From contig JBAZKL010000002.1 in assembly GCA_041650835.1 (NCBI GenBank), forward strand, positions 14,477-78,476: a DNA stretch of 64,000 bases, in the 5' to 3' direction. Of the stretch, positions 18,623 to 27,922 are shown piece after piece. This stretch comes from Candidatus Omnitrophota bacterium. Lineage in GTDB: Bacteria; Omnitrophota; Gorgyraeia; Gygaellales; Profunditerraquicolaceae. The position numbers and the translations under genes were made by a program. Position 1 is the stretch's first letter; the number at the start of each line of letters is the position of its first letter. The notes beneath the pieces were generated by a model. That model had not been told where the DNA came from, did not search any database, and saw only the letters and a list, made by a program, of their open reading frames with translations.

Positions 18623-19783
18623 GTGTCTACTAAACGCGATTACTATGAAATATTAGGGGTTAAGAAAAGCGCTACCCTTGATGAGATCAAAAAAGCCTAT
18701 CGGGAGCTGGCGCTTCGCTTCCATCCGGACCGTGTTGCTCATGAGCAAAAAAAAGAAGCCGAAGAGAAATTCAAGGAGATCTCGGAGGCGTACGCTGTTT
18801 TATCCGATTCTCAAAAGCGCGCGCTCTACGACCAATACGGCCATTCGGGTATTGACCAGAAATATGCTTATGAAGATATCTTTAAAGGCGCTGATTTCGG
18901 AAGCATTTTTAAGGATATGGGCGATTACGGGTTCGGGGGAGGATTATTTGACGAGATATTCGGGGACATGGGATTTGATGTCTTCGGGTCCAGGGGAGGC
19001 AGGCAGCGGGGAGCCCGCGGCCGTAAGGGCAGAGACCTGGAGATCGCCATCGATTTGACCCTGGAAGAAGTTTCCGAGGGAGTTGAAAAGACTATTACGG
19101 TGCCGCGCTATGAAGTATGCGCTACCTGCTCCGGAAGCGGGGCTAAACCGGGCTCTAAGAAAGTCACCTGCGCGCAATGTAAAGGCTCGGGCCGAATGGT
19201 CGTCTCTAACGGGTTTTTCCAAATGGCGCAGACCTGTAACCGCTGCCATGGGGAAGGCGCGTTAGTGCAAACTCCCTGTTCCGATTGTACCGGCGAAGGC
19301 CGCGTTAAGGTCACGCGTAATATAAAGGTAAAGATCCCCGCGGGTGTGGATACCGGCTCGCATTTACGGGTCAGGGGAGAAGGAGAATCCGGTACAGCCG
19401 GAAGAGGGGACCTCTATGTTGTTATTGAGGTCAGGCAGCATCCTGTTTTTGAACGGCACAATAATGATATCCTGACCGAAGTTACCGTAAGTATAACCAA
19501 GGCGATCCTGGGTGCCGAAGTCGAAATACCCACCCTGAACGGCAAGGTCATGATGAAAATACCTCCCGGGACTCAAAGCGGCAGGATATTCCGATTGAAA
19601 GAAAAAGGCGTGCCTGATGTCCATGACAGAGGAGTGGGTGATGAATTAGTTAAGGTTAATGTGCAGATACCGGTTAATATTTCTTCGGAACAACGCAGAT
19701 TGATCGAAGAATTTTCCCGGTTATCAGGTGAGAACTCAGGTAAAGAAAGCCTTTCCGAGAAGATAAAGAAGGCTTTTAAATAA
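18623..19783 (+). CDS. dnaJ: Chaperone DnaJ
   Basis: J-domain (YYEILGV...HPD), G/F-rich region and four CxxCxGxG zinc-finger repeats. GTG start. Confidence 0.9.
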   Translation: MSTKRDYYEILGVKKSATLDEIKKAYRELALRFHPDRVAHEQKKEAEEKFKEISEAYAVLSDSQKRALYDQYGHSGIDQKYAYEDIFKGADFGSIFKDMGDYGFGGGLFDEIFGDMGFDVFGSRGGRQRGARGRKGRDLEIAIDLTLEEVSEGVEKTITVPRYEVCATCSGSGAKPGSKKVTCAQCKGSGRMVVSNGFFQMAQTCNRCHGEGALVQTPCSDCTGEGRVKVTRNIKVKIPAGVDTGSHLRVRGEGESGTAGRGDLYVVIEVRQHPVFERHNNDILTEVTVSITKAILGAEVEIPTLNGKVMMKIPPGTQSGRIFRLKEKGVPDVHDRGVGDELVKVNVQIPVNISSEQRRLIEEFSRLSGENSGKESLSEKIKKAFK

Positions 19784-19815
19784 ATTAGTAACTAGTAACG
19801 AGTAAGGGGGAAGTT

Positions 19816-20067
19816 ATGCCGACATACGAATATGAGTGTGCTCAGTGCGGGAAGTTTGACCAATTCCAAACTATGAGCGCTGAAGCGTTAAAGAAATGCC
19901 CGAAATGCGGCAAAAAAGTCAAGAAACTCATCAGCAGCGGCGCGGGAATAATATTCAAAGGCAGCGGGTTTTATGCCACTGATTACCGTAAGCCTGCGAA
20001 ATCAAGCAGCGCTCCATCGGGCGGCTGCCCTAACGCTTCCAAAGGATGCAATGGCTGCAGCCATTAA
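19816..20067 (+). CDS. FmdB-family zinc-ribbon protein
   Basis: N-terminal MPTYEYECAQCG...CPKCG, a CxxC...CxxC zinc ribbon. Confidence 0.6.
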   Translation: MPTYEYECAQCGKFDQFQTMSAEALKKCPKCGKKVKKLISSGAGIIFKGSGFYATDYRKPAKSSSAPSGGCPNASKGCNGCSH

Positions 20068-20476
20068 GCCGGACCAACTGATGCGCTTCATTAAATACTG
20101 GATACCGGTAATAATTTATGCTATAATCATTTTTCAAGTTTCAGCGACCCCCGGGGAAGAGATCCTGACCCTGTTCCCGAAACAGGATATTGTAGCGCAT
20201 GTGCTGGAATATTTTATCTTCGCGTTGCTGATAAACCGCGCGTTAAAAGCGTATTTCCCCGGGATCTCTTTCGGCGCGAGGTTCCTCGCGGTGAGTTTAA
20301 TAGGTATCGTATACGGCGCAAGCGATGAGTTCCATCAGATGTTTGTGCCGAACCGGTATTGTTCTTCGGCCGACCTGTGGTGCGATTCGCTGGGGGTTTT
20401 TGCCGCCAATATCGTGTATGGGTTGGATGTGAGAAGATTTTCCTTGAAACATCTTCCTGTCCTTAAGAATAATTAA
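20051..20476 (+). CDS. VanZ-like membrane protein
   Basis: Multi-TM protein with GASDEFHQMF and SSADLWCDSLG, matching VanZ-family conserved residues. The start is probably ATG 20051 or 20081; the track's 19973 start overlaps the fmdB-like gene and is unlikely. Confidence 0.55.
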   Translation: MAAAIKPDQLMRFIKYWIPVIIYAIIIFQVSATPGEEILTLFPKQDIVAHVLEYFIFALLINRALKAYFPGISFGARFLAVSLIGIVYGASDEFHQMFVPNRYCSSADLWCDSLGVFAANIVYGLDVRRFSLKHLPVLKNN

Positions 20477-20480
20477 AATT

Positions 20481-21773
20481 ATGATGACTAAGATTAAACC
20501 CTTTAAAGCATTGATCTACAACCAGGAAAAGTTCCCTGATCTTTCCAAGGTGGTTTGCCCTCCTTATGATATTATTTCTCCCGCTCAACAGCAGTATTAT
20601 CATGATCTGGACGAACATAATCTTTTACACGTACTGCTTTCGAAAGACTCCCCTGATAAAGATAAGTATCAGGTTGCCGGGTCTTATTTCAGGGATTGGT
20701 TAAAAAATAAGATATTGGTCCAGGATAAGGGCCCCGCGGTGTATTTTTACAGCCATCAATATAACATCAAAGGAGAAAAGCGCATCCGTCACGGCTTTTT
20801 GGCATTGATGCGCTTAGGCGATTCAAGCGCGCCCGTATTCGCCCATGAACATACCCGGCTTGAAGCAAAAGAGGACCGCGCGCGGCTTATCCGCCAGGTT
20901 AAGGCGAATTTAAGCCCTATCTTCGTGCTTTTTCCCGATAAGAAGCGAGTGGTAGCGTATTTACACCAACAATACCTTAAAGATAAGAAACCGTTCATGG
21001 ATATCACGGATGATGAGAGGAATAATCATAAGGTCTGGAGGATAGATGCACCTGAGGTATTAGAGGCGATCCAGCAGAAGATGCAGGATGAGAATTTTTT
21101 TATAGCTGACGGGCATCACCGTTATGAAGTTGCCTGCGGGTACCGGGACGAAGTGAAAAGAAAGCAGGGGAATTTAAGCGAAGAGGATGAGTGTAATTAT
21201 ATCCTGACTTATTTTACCAATACGGATTCTTTAGGCTTGACCATATTGCCGATACACCGCCTGGTTAAGCTTGAGAAGAATTTTGATATTGAAGGCTTCA
21301 TAACAAGCCTTAAAGAATTTTTCTACGTGGAAGAGGTAAAAGATAAAGTTAAATTCTTCTTCCTGCTTGAAAAAGCCGGCAGGACCGAGCACATCATCGG
21401 AATGTATAAGAATAAAAAATATTGGCTGGTGCGTTTACGTAACATCAAGATCGTTGATAAGATGATCACCGATAGGCCGCCTGAATACCGCAGATTAGAC
21501 GTTTCTATCCTGAATTATATCATTTTGCAGCATATCCTGCGCCTGGATGTCGATAATAAGGATGTGGTGACGTTTAATCCGGAAGCTGAAGAATTGATCG
21601 ATCAGGTGGATGCGGATCCGGCGTATATTTCCTTTTTCTTGAATCCCACCAAAGTGGGGCAGATCATGTCGGTAGCCATAAACGGAAATAAAATGCCTCC
21701 TAAATCGACCTATTTTTATCCAAAAGTCCTTTCCGGCCTGGTAATAAATAAATTCAACGAGGATAAAGTATAA
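20481..21773 (+). CDS. DUF1015-family protein
   Basis: 430 aa with an N-terminus MTKIKPFKALIYN... typical of the DUF1015 family. Confidence 0.55.
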   Translation: MMTKIKPFKALIYNQEKFPDLSKVVCPPYDIISPAQQQYYHDLDEHNLLHVLLSKDSPDKDKYQVAGSYFRDWLKNKILVQDKGPAVYFYSHQYNIKGEKRIRHGFLALMRLGDSSAPVFAHEHTRLEAKEDRARLIRQVKANLSPIFVLFPDKKRVVAYLHQQYLKDKKPFMDITDDERNNHKVWRIDAPEVLEAIQQKMQDENFFIADGHHRYEVACGYRDEVKRKQGNLSEEDECNYILTYFTNTDSLGLTILPIHRLVKLEKNFDIEGFITSLKEFFYVEEVKDKVKFFFLLEKAGRTEHIIGMYKNKKYWLVRLRNIKIVDKMITDRPPEYRRLDVSILNYIILQHILRLDVDNKDVVTFNPEAEELIDQVDADPAYISFFLNPTKVGQIMSVAINGNKMPPKSTYFYPKVLSGLVINKFNEDKV

Positions 21774-21777
21774 TCCT

Positions 21778-22617
21778 ATGCCGCTTTTCGGAAAACCAAA
21801 ATATACCATTGTCCGCATCAAGAAAAAAGAGATGCCTGACGGGCTTTGGACCAAATGCGAAGAGTGCGGCGAAGTCTTGTATAATAAGACCCTGGAAGAG
21901 AATTTCCGGGTGTGCCCGAAATGCAATTATCATTTTGTTTTGGGGGCGCATGAGCGGGTGAATGTGCTTATTGACGCGGGCACCTTTGAAGAATTCGACA
22001 CCGAACTAAAGACCGCGGACCCGCTTGATTTCAAAGGCCCGAAAACATATAAAGATAAGCTCGCGGCTGACCAGGCCGCCACAGGGCTCAAAGAAGCGGT
22101 AGTGACGGGTTCAGGGCTCTTAGACGGCAAAAAGGTCGTTGTCGCGGTCACCGATTCGCGTTTTATCATGGGGTCGATGGGGTCGGTCGTGGGGGAGAAG
22201 ATCACGCATGCTATCGAGACGGCGACAAAAAATAAGCTTCCCGTTATCATCGTTTCCGGCTCCGGCGGAGGTGCCCGCATGTATGAAGGGATGTTCAGCC
22301 TGATGCAGATGGCAAAGACCTGCGCGGCGCTCTCGTATCATCACCGGGAAAAATTGCCGTACCTGTCTATTTTGACGAATCCGACTATGGCGGGGATCAT
22401 GGCGTCATTCGCCGGTATCGGGGACTTGATAATCGCGGAACCGAAAGCCTTGATCGGGTTTACCGGCCCGCGTGTTATCGAACAGACGATCCGCCAGAAA
22501 TTGCCGCCGGGTTTTCAGCGCTCCGAGTTCCTGCTGGAGCACGGGCTTATAGATATGATCGTGCATCGTAAGGATATGAAGCCGACGTTGCGCCAGATAC
22601 TGGAATATCTCGATTGA
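21778..22617 (+). CDS. accD: Acetyl-CoA carboxylase carboxyltransferase beta subunit AccD
   Basis: N-terminal zinc finger CEECG...CPKCNYH and the carboxyltransferase domain. Confidence 0.85.
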   Translation: MPLFGKPKYTIVRIKKKEMPDGLWTKCEECGEVLYNKTLEENFRVCPKCNYHFVLGAHERVNVLIDAGTFEEFDTELKTADPLDFKGPKTYKDKLAADQAATGLKEAVVTGSGLLDGKKVVVAVTDSRFIMGSMGSVVGEKITHAIETATKNKLPVIIVSGSGGGARMYEGMFSLMQMAKTCAALSYHHREKLPYLSILTNPTMAGIMASFAGIGDLIIAEPKALIGFTGPRVIEQTIRQKLPPGFQRSEFLLEHGLIDMIVHRKDMKPTLRQILEYLD

Positions 22618-22627
22618 TGAGAAAAAG

Positions 22628-22656
22628 TTGATTTTTTCCGGAATTATTGCTATACT
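22628..22656 (+). promoter_or_regulatory. Sigma-70-type promoter TTGATT-17-TATACT
   Basis: Hexamers at 22628-22633 and 22651-22656, about 95 nt upstream of the ABC ATPase start. Confidence 0.5.
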
Positions 22657-22751
22657 TGATGTCTTGTTGTTGCGGTAAAAAGATTACAGAGATCCATGAG
22701 AACTACAAGCGTATTGATTCTTAAGCCAGACCAAGAGTGTGGAGGCATGAT

Positions 22752-23855
22752 ATGGCTCAGGTAAGTTTAAAGAATGTTTCAAAAGTATATCCGAACGGAG
22801 TAAAAGTCGTCAATAATCTGAATCTTGGCGTCGAGAATAAGGAATTCCTTGTTTTGGTCGGGCCTTCCGGCTGCGGTAAATCGACAACCTTGAGAATGAT
22901 CGCCGGGCTGGAAGAGATAACAGAAGGCGAGATCTTTATCGGTAATAAGAAGGTCAATGACGTCCCCGCGAAAGACCGCGATATCGCGATGGTCTTTCAG
23001 AATTACGCGTTATATCCTCATATGACCGTTTTTGAGAATATGGCGTTCGGCTTGAAGCTGCGCCATTATCCCAAGCATGAGATCGTTCAGCGCGTCAGCG
23101 AGGCGGCAGAGATCCTGGGTATCAAGCATTTACTTAACCGCAAACCAAAGGAATTATCGGGCGGGGAGCGCCAGCGCGTAGCGGTAGGCAGGGCGATCGT
23201 CCGGAAGCCGTTGGTATTCTTGTTCGACGAGCCTTTAAGCAATCTCGACGCGAAGCTGCGCGTGCAGATGCGCACTGAGATCCATAAACTGCATATCAGG
23301 CTCCAGACCACGATCATTTACGTTACGCATGACCAGATAGAAGCTATGACGATGGGAGACCGTATCGTGGTCATGAAAGGGGGGGTCATTCAACAGGTCG
23401 CCGACCCTATCTCCATCTATGACCATCCTAAGAATAAATTTGTCGCCGGCTTTATCGGATCGCCGCCGATGAACTTTATGAACGGCAAGATCATAAAGAA
23501 AAGCTCCAAGATCTATTTCACCGAAGGTAAGATCTCGGTCAAGGTCGTCGAGGATATGTATAGTAAAATGACCCCCTATATCGGCAGGGACATCATTATG
23601 GGGGTGCGTTCGGAAGATATTTATGATAAATTATTCGTGTCAGAGGCTCCTCCGGAGAATGTGGTCCGGGTCAATTGTGAAGTTGTTGAACCGATGGGCT
23701 CGGAAGTGTATTTGTATTTGAATACGGGCAAGCATACCTTTATCGCCCGAGTAGGCGCTCATAATAAGCCGCAGGTGAATCAGGATATGGACTTGGTTTT
23801 TGATATGAGCAAAGTCCATTTTTTTGATAAAGAAACCGAAGAAACAATAGTATAG
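22752..23855 (+). CDS. ABC transporter ATP-binding protein, MalK/UgpC-like, with a C-terminal TOBE domain
   Basis: Walker A GPSGCGKST, LSGGERQRVAVGRA signature and Walker B LFDEPLSNLD. GGAGG Shine-Dalgarno 6 nt before ATG 22752. No permease gene is adjacent. Confidence 0.8.
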   Translation: MAQVSLKNVSKVYPNGVKVVNNLNLGVENKEFLVLVGPSGCGKSTTLRMIAGLEEITEGEIFIGNKKVNDVPAKDRDIAMVFQNYALYPHMTVFENMAFGLKLRHYPKHEIVQRVSEAAEILGIKHLLNRKPKELSGGERQRVAVGRAIVRKPLVFLFDEPLSNLDAKLRVQMRTEIHKLHIRLQTTIIYVTHDQIEAMTMGDRIVVMKGGVIQQVADPISIYDHPKNKFVAGFIGSPPMNFMNGKIIKKSSKIYFTEGKISVKVVEDMYSKMTPYIGRDIIMGVRSEDIYDKLFVSEAPPENVVRVNCEVVEPMGSEVYLYLNTGKHTFIARVGAHNKPQVNQDMDLVFDMSKVHFFDKETEETIV

Positions 23856-23876
23856 CCTTTCTAAGCCATTACACGA

Positions 23877-25145
23877 GTGGCAAAAAAACCTTCGCATATT
23901 ATTTATTTTCTTGTTTTGTGCTTGTGCCTTCCTCTTTTTCTCTCGTTTTTCACGAAATTCTTTTCTTTCCTTTCTCTTTTCCTGTTTTATTGCGCGAACG
24001 GTTTACTGACGCTGGTGCTTTTTAAACAAAATTCAAAACGCCTCAATCTTTGCGGCCACTTCAAGGAAGACCTCCAGGAAAAAGTCAATATCGTTAAGAA
24101 TGAACACGCGCGGGAGCAAGAAAGTAAGATCTCCCTGCAAGAGAAGATCAAACGGTATAACAGCCTGAAAGAGATCATCGAGGATATTAATCGTAATCTT
24201 TCTTTGGTCTCAATAGCCGATAACCTGGCGGCGATCGCCTTTTCAATAATCGCGGACAATAAGGGGGCTTGTATCCTGTACCTTATCGATCCCCAGACCC
24301 AGAAATTAAGCCTCTTCAAGACTAAAAAAGAAGACCGAAAGCTTGTTGTCAAAGAAAAGCAGGGAGACCTCTTTGATTGGTGGGTCCTGCGCCATTCCAG
24401 CCCCTTGCTGGTTGAGGATATGCATAATGATTTCCGCTTCGATCTTGAAAAGGTCAAGATGAAAGACGCGCGCGAAGTTTCCTCCCTGGTCAGCGCTCCG
24501 TTTGTCAGCGAGCATAAATTCCTCGGGATCTTGCGGTTGGATAATTCCCGGAGCAATTATTATTCCCAGGATGACCTGCGGTTTTTGGTAGCGATCTGCG
24601 ATTTAGGCGCGGTCGCCCTGGAAAACGGCGAGCTGTATCTCAAGACCGAAGACCTGGCTATCCATGACGGTTTGACCGGTTTGTACCGCAAAGGATATTT
24701 TATGGAGCGGCTCAATGAGGAAGTCAAGCGCTGCCTGCGCCAGAACAGCACTTTTTCACTGCTGATGCTCGATGTCGATTATTTCAAGCAGTATAATGAT
24801 ACCTTCGGGCATGCCTCCGGAGACCTGGTATTAACAAAGATGAGCGAGGTGATGAAGGATTTCTTTAAAGAAAAGAGCTCGGTGGCGGGCCGTTTTGGCG
24901 GGGAAGAATTCTGCGTCATCATATCGGGAGCCGATAAGCAGAAGGCTTTCTCGCTCGCGGAAGAATTACGAAAGAAAATTGAAAGCACGCAGGTTGATCT
25001 GCGCCAGCAAAAGACCAGCGTTACGGTTTCCGTGGGAGTGGCGAATTTTCCCAATGACGCGCGTGACGAGACCGAGCTGGTCCTTAAAGTGGACAAGGCC
25101 CTGTACGAGGCAAAGCGGCTGGGAAGGAACCGGGTGAACGGATAA
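23877..25145 (+). CDS. Membrane-anchored diguanylate cyclase (GAF-like region plus GGDEF domain)
   Basis: N-terminal TM helices. GGDEF domain with RFGGEEF active site and the upstream RxxD-type region. Confidence 0.75.
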   Translation: MAKKPSHIIYFLVLCLCLPLFLSFFTKFFSFLSLFLFYCANGLLTLVLFKQNSKRLNLCGHFKEDLQEKVNIVKNEHAREQESKISLQEKIKRYNSLKEIIEDINRNLSLVSIADNLAAIAFSIIADNKGACILYLIDPQTQKLSLFKTKKEDRKLVVKEKQGDLFDWWVLRHSSPLLVEDMHNDFRFDLEKVKMKDAREVSSLVSAPFVSEHKFLGILRLDNSRSNYYSQDDLRFLVAICDLGAVALENGELYLKTEDLAIHDGLTGLYRKGYFMERLNEEVKRCLRQNSTFSLLMLDVDYFKQYNDTFGHASGDLVLTKMSEVMKDFFKEKSSVAGRFGGEEFCVIISGADKQKAFSLAEELRKKIESTQVDLRQQKTSVTVSVGVANFPNDARDETELVLKVDKALYEAKRLGRNRVNG

Positions 25146-25146
25146 T

Positions 25147-26148
25147 ATGTGGGCGAATATCTTTTTAATGGTTATGACGGTGCTGGCGTATTTTTTGCTT
25201 AATAAGCTTTTCAGCCGTTATTATTCCGGCGCCCGGAATGAATGCGAAAACGTGCAGGCGCAATACGCACAGCTATGCGCGGAACTTGAGCGGGTCAAGA
25301 GTGAGAACGCGGGCTTGAAAAAGAGCCTTGAGAATACGCTGGTCCTTTATGAGATCACCCGTGATATCTGTAAATCGATCGATGAAGAAGCGGTTTTTAA
25401 TAATTTTCTCGCCCAGATCAATAAATTCATGGAGTTGAAAGATTGTAAATTCTTAAAAGGCCAGGAGGATATTTCGGGGTATAAGGATTATACGGTTTTA
25501 CCGCTCTACCTGCACCGCAGCTTAGCGGGTTATCTGGTAGCTGACGGTGTCCCGGATGCCGATAAAGAGAAATTCCATATTCTTGCCCAGCAGTTCCTCC
25601 TGGGTATGAAGCGGGCGATCCTTTACAAGCGGGTCCAGGACCTGGCTATTACTGACACGCTCACTAACGTTTTTACGCGCCGGCATTATTTGGAAAGGCT
25701 CCAGGGAGAGATCGATTATTCGTCGAAATTAAACTATTTGTTCGCGTTCCTGATGCTTGATGTCGACCATTTTAAGGGGTTTAATGACCATTACGGCCAT
25801 TTGGTGGGGGACGCGATCCTCAAAGAAGTCGCAAAGGTGATCAAAGACAACCTGCGCCAGATCGATATGGTGGGCCGTTACGGAGGAGAAGAGTTTTCCG
25901 TTATTTTGACGCAGACCGACCGTGAAGGTGCGATCCTCGCGGCTGAACGTATCAGGCAGTCTTTAGAGGCGTCATCCACCATGATCTATGACGAAGAGAT
26001 CAAGGTTACCATCAGTATCGGGATATCGGTTTTTCCCGATGATTCCCGCGATATGGAATCATTGATAGAAAAAGCCGATGCCGCTTTGTATAAAGCCAAA
26101 GAGGCGGGGCGTAACTGCGTGCGTGTATGGAGTGCGAACAGCGATTAG
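25147..26148 (+). CDS. Diguanylate cyclase (GGDEF)
   Basis: N-terminal TM helix, coiled coil, and GGDEF domain with RYGGEEF. Confidence 0.75.
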   Translation: MWANIFLMVMTVLAYFLLNKLFSRYYSGARNECENVQAQYAQLCAELERVKSENAGLKKSLENTLVLYEITRDICKSIDEEAVFNNFLAQINKFMELKDCKFLKGQEDISGYKDYTVLPLYLHRSLAGYLVADGVPDADKEKFHILAQQFLLGMKRAILYKRVQDLAITDTLTNVFTRRHYLERLQGEIDYSSKLNYLFAFLMLDVDHFKGFNDHYGHLVGDAILKEVAKVIKDNLRQIDMVGRYGGEEFSVILTQTDREGAILAAERIRQSLEASSTMIYDEEIKVTISIGISVFPDDSRDMESLIEKADAALYKAKEAGRNCVRVWSANSD

Positions 26149-26334
26149 GAGCCGAGAAACGATACACCCGGCGCTAATCGCACCCCGCCTTATTGGAATG
26201 GCGGGGTATGCCGCCTTCTGCGGCAGAATTGCGCCGGTGCGCGCTTTCTGCGCAGCCGATAACCGAGAACCGAACACCGAAAACCCTGTAATATTCCTTG
26301 CAATTAAAACCACTTTAATATAGAATACTTACAC

Positions 26335-27270
26335 ATGAAAAGTAAATACATCATTGGGATTGATCTCGGGGGGACCAACCTGAAGATCGCGTTATTCAAC
26401 GGGCGCTGCCGGTTACAGAGTAAAGAGATCATAAGTACCCGTCAATTCAGGGAAAAAGAAGAATTGATCTCAGGGATCGTAGATTCGATCGGTTTTCTGA
26501 CCGGTAAGAACAATATCGTGAAGTCTCAGGTGCTCGGCTTGGGCCTCGGGCTGCCCGGCCCGATCGACGTGGATAAGGGGATGGTGCATTTTTTCCCGAA
26601 TATCCCCGGATGGAAAGAAGTCCATCTGAGCAGCATACTTAAAAAGCGTTTAGGCGTTCCCGTTTTTATCGATAATGATGCTAATCTTATGGCATTAGCC
26701 GAGTATCGATTAGGCGCGGCAGTAGGATATAAGAACGTCGTTTGCCTTACGTTAGGGACCGGGGTCGGCGGTGGGCTTATCCTTGAAGGAAAGCTCTATC
26801 ATGGCTCGACCTACGCGGCAGGCGAGATCGGGCATATGCCTCTTAATGAAAGCGGCCCGAAATGCAATTGCGGGGGGAAAGCCTGCCTGGAGGCGTATAT
26901 CGGCAATAACAGGATCGCCGCGGAAGTAAAAAGGTTATTCAAAAAAGATATTTCTTTGGAAAAGGTAAGTTTACTCGCGAGATCGGGGAACCGCACGGCA
27001 TTGCGGGTATGGGTGAATATGGGAAAGCGTTTGGGCCTGGCGCTTTCGAGCATCGTTAATCTTCTGAATCCCGATTGTATTGTTATCGGCGGCGGGGTCG
27101 CCGGCGCCGGGAAAGTACTTTTTGACACGGTGCGGGAAACTATCCGCGAACGCGCGATGTGCGTGCAGGCGAAAAATGTGAAAATAGTTAAGGCTTCCCT
27201 GGGATATGACGCGGGCATGATCGGTGCCGCGCTTTTTGTCCGGGAGCACTTGTCGCAGAGGCTACGATAA
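26335..27270 (+). CDS. ROK-family glucokinase
   Basis: [16 protein letters not shown]-terminus and ROK cysteine motif CNCGGKAC. Confidence 0.75.
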   Translation: MKSKYIIGIDLGGTNLKIALFNGRCRLQSKEIISTRQFREKEELISGIVDSIGFLTGKNNIVKSQVLGLGLGLPGPIDVDKGMVHFFPNIPGWKEVHLSSILKKRLGVPVFIDNDANLMALAEYRLGAAVGYKNVVCLTLGTGVGGGLILEGKLYHGSTYAAGEIGHMPLNESGPKCNCGGKACLEAYIGNNRIAAEVKRLFKKDISLEKVSLLARSGNRTALRVWVNMGKRLGLALSSIVNLLNPDCIVIGGGVAGAGKVLFDTVRETIRERAMCVQAKNVKIVKASLGYDAGMIGAALFVREHLSQRLR

Positions 27271-27274
27271 TATA

Positions 27275-27922
27275 ATGAAGATATTTCTCGATACGGCTAA
27301 TGTTAAAGAAATTAAGGAAGTGGCTGCTTTGGGGTTGGTGGACGGGGTGACAACTAACCCGTCGCTGCTGGCGAAGGAAAAACGTCCCGCCAAAGATGTC
27401 CTTAAGGAGATCTGTTCGGCGGTGGATGTTCCGGTAAGCGCTGAAGTGATCAGTTTAAATGCAGACGGCATGCTGGATGAGGCCTTTGAGCTTTCCAAGA
27501 TCGCTAAAAATATCGTGATCAAGATCCCGTTGATCAAAGAAGGATTGAAAGCGGTCAAGGTTTTGTCGGAGAAAAAGATCCCGACGAACGTAACGTTGTG
27601 TTTTTCTCCGACTCAGGCGCTCTTGGTCGCTAAGCTGGGCGCTGATTATGTTTCGCCATTTATCGGCAGGTTCGACGATATCAGCCAGGCGGGGATCGAG
27701 CTGGTAGGCCAGATAAAACAAATATATGAGAATTATGGGTTCCAGACGCAGATCATTGTCGCCTCCGTGCGTAATCCGCTTCATGTGGTCGACGCGGCTT
27801 TGATCGGCGCGGATATCGTTACCGCGCCCTTTTCCGTTATAGAACAGCTGATCAAGCATCCTTTGACCGATATAGGAATACAGAGGTTTTTAGAGGACTA
27901 TAAGAAAATCCCGAAAAATTAA
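27275..27922 (+). CDS. Transaldolase / fructose-6-phosphate aldolase family (short form)
   Basis: [15 protein letters not shown]...GVTTNPSL and the catalytic Lys region IKIP. About 215 aa. Confidence 0.75.
   Translation: MKIFLDTANVKEIKEVAALGLVDGVTTNPSLLAKEKRPAKDVLKEICSAVDVPVSAEVISLNADGMLDEAFELSKIAKNIVIKIPLIKEGLKAVKVLSEKKIPTNVTLCFSPTQALLVAKLGADYVSPFIGRFDDISQAGIELVGQIKQIYENYGFQTQIIVASVRNPLHVVDAALIGADIVTAPFSVIEQLIKHPLTDIGIQRFLEDYKKIPKN

Noticed and set aside
19973-20080. Extended N-terminus of the VanZ-like ORF, overlapping the FmdB-like gene.
   Set aside because: The overlap with the well-formed zinc-ribbon ORF is about 95 nt. Internal ATGs at 20051 and 20081 sit just before the first TM helix and are more plausible starts.
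22737-22751. GTG-initiated 5-codon extension of the ABC ATPase.
   Set aside because: The GGAGG Shine-Dalgarno is correctly spaced for ATG 22752, and the conserved N-terminus starts there.
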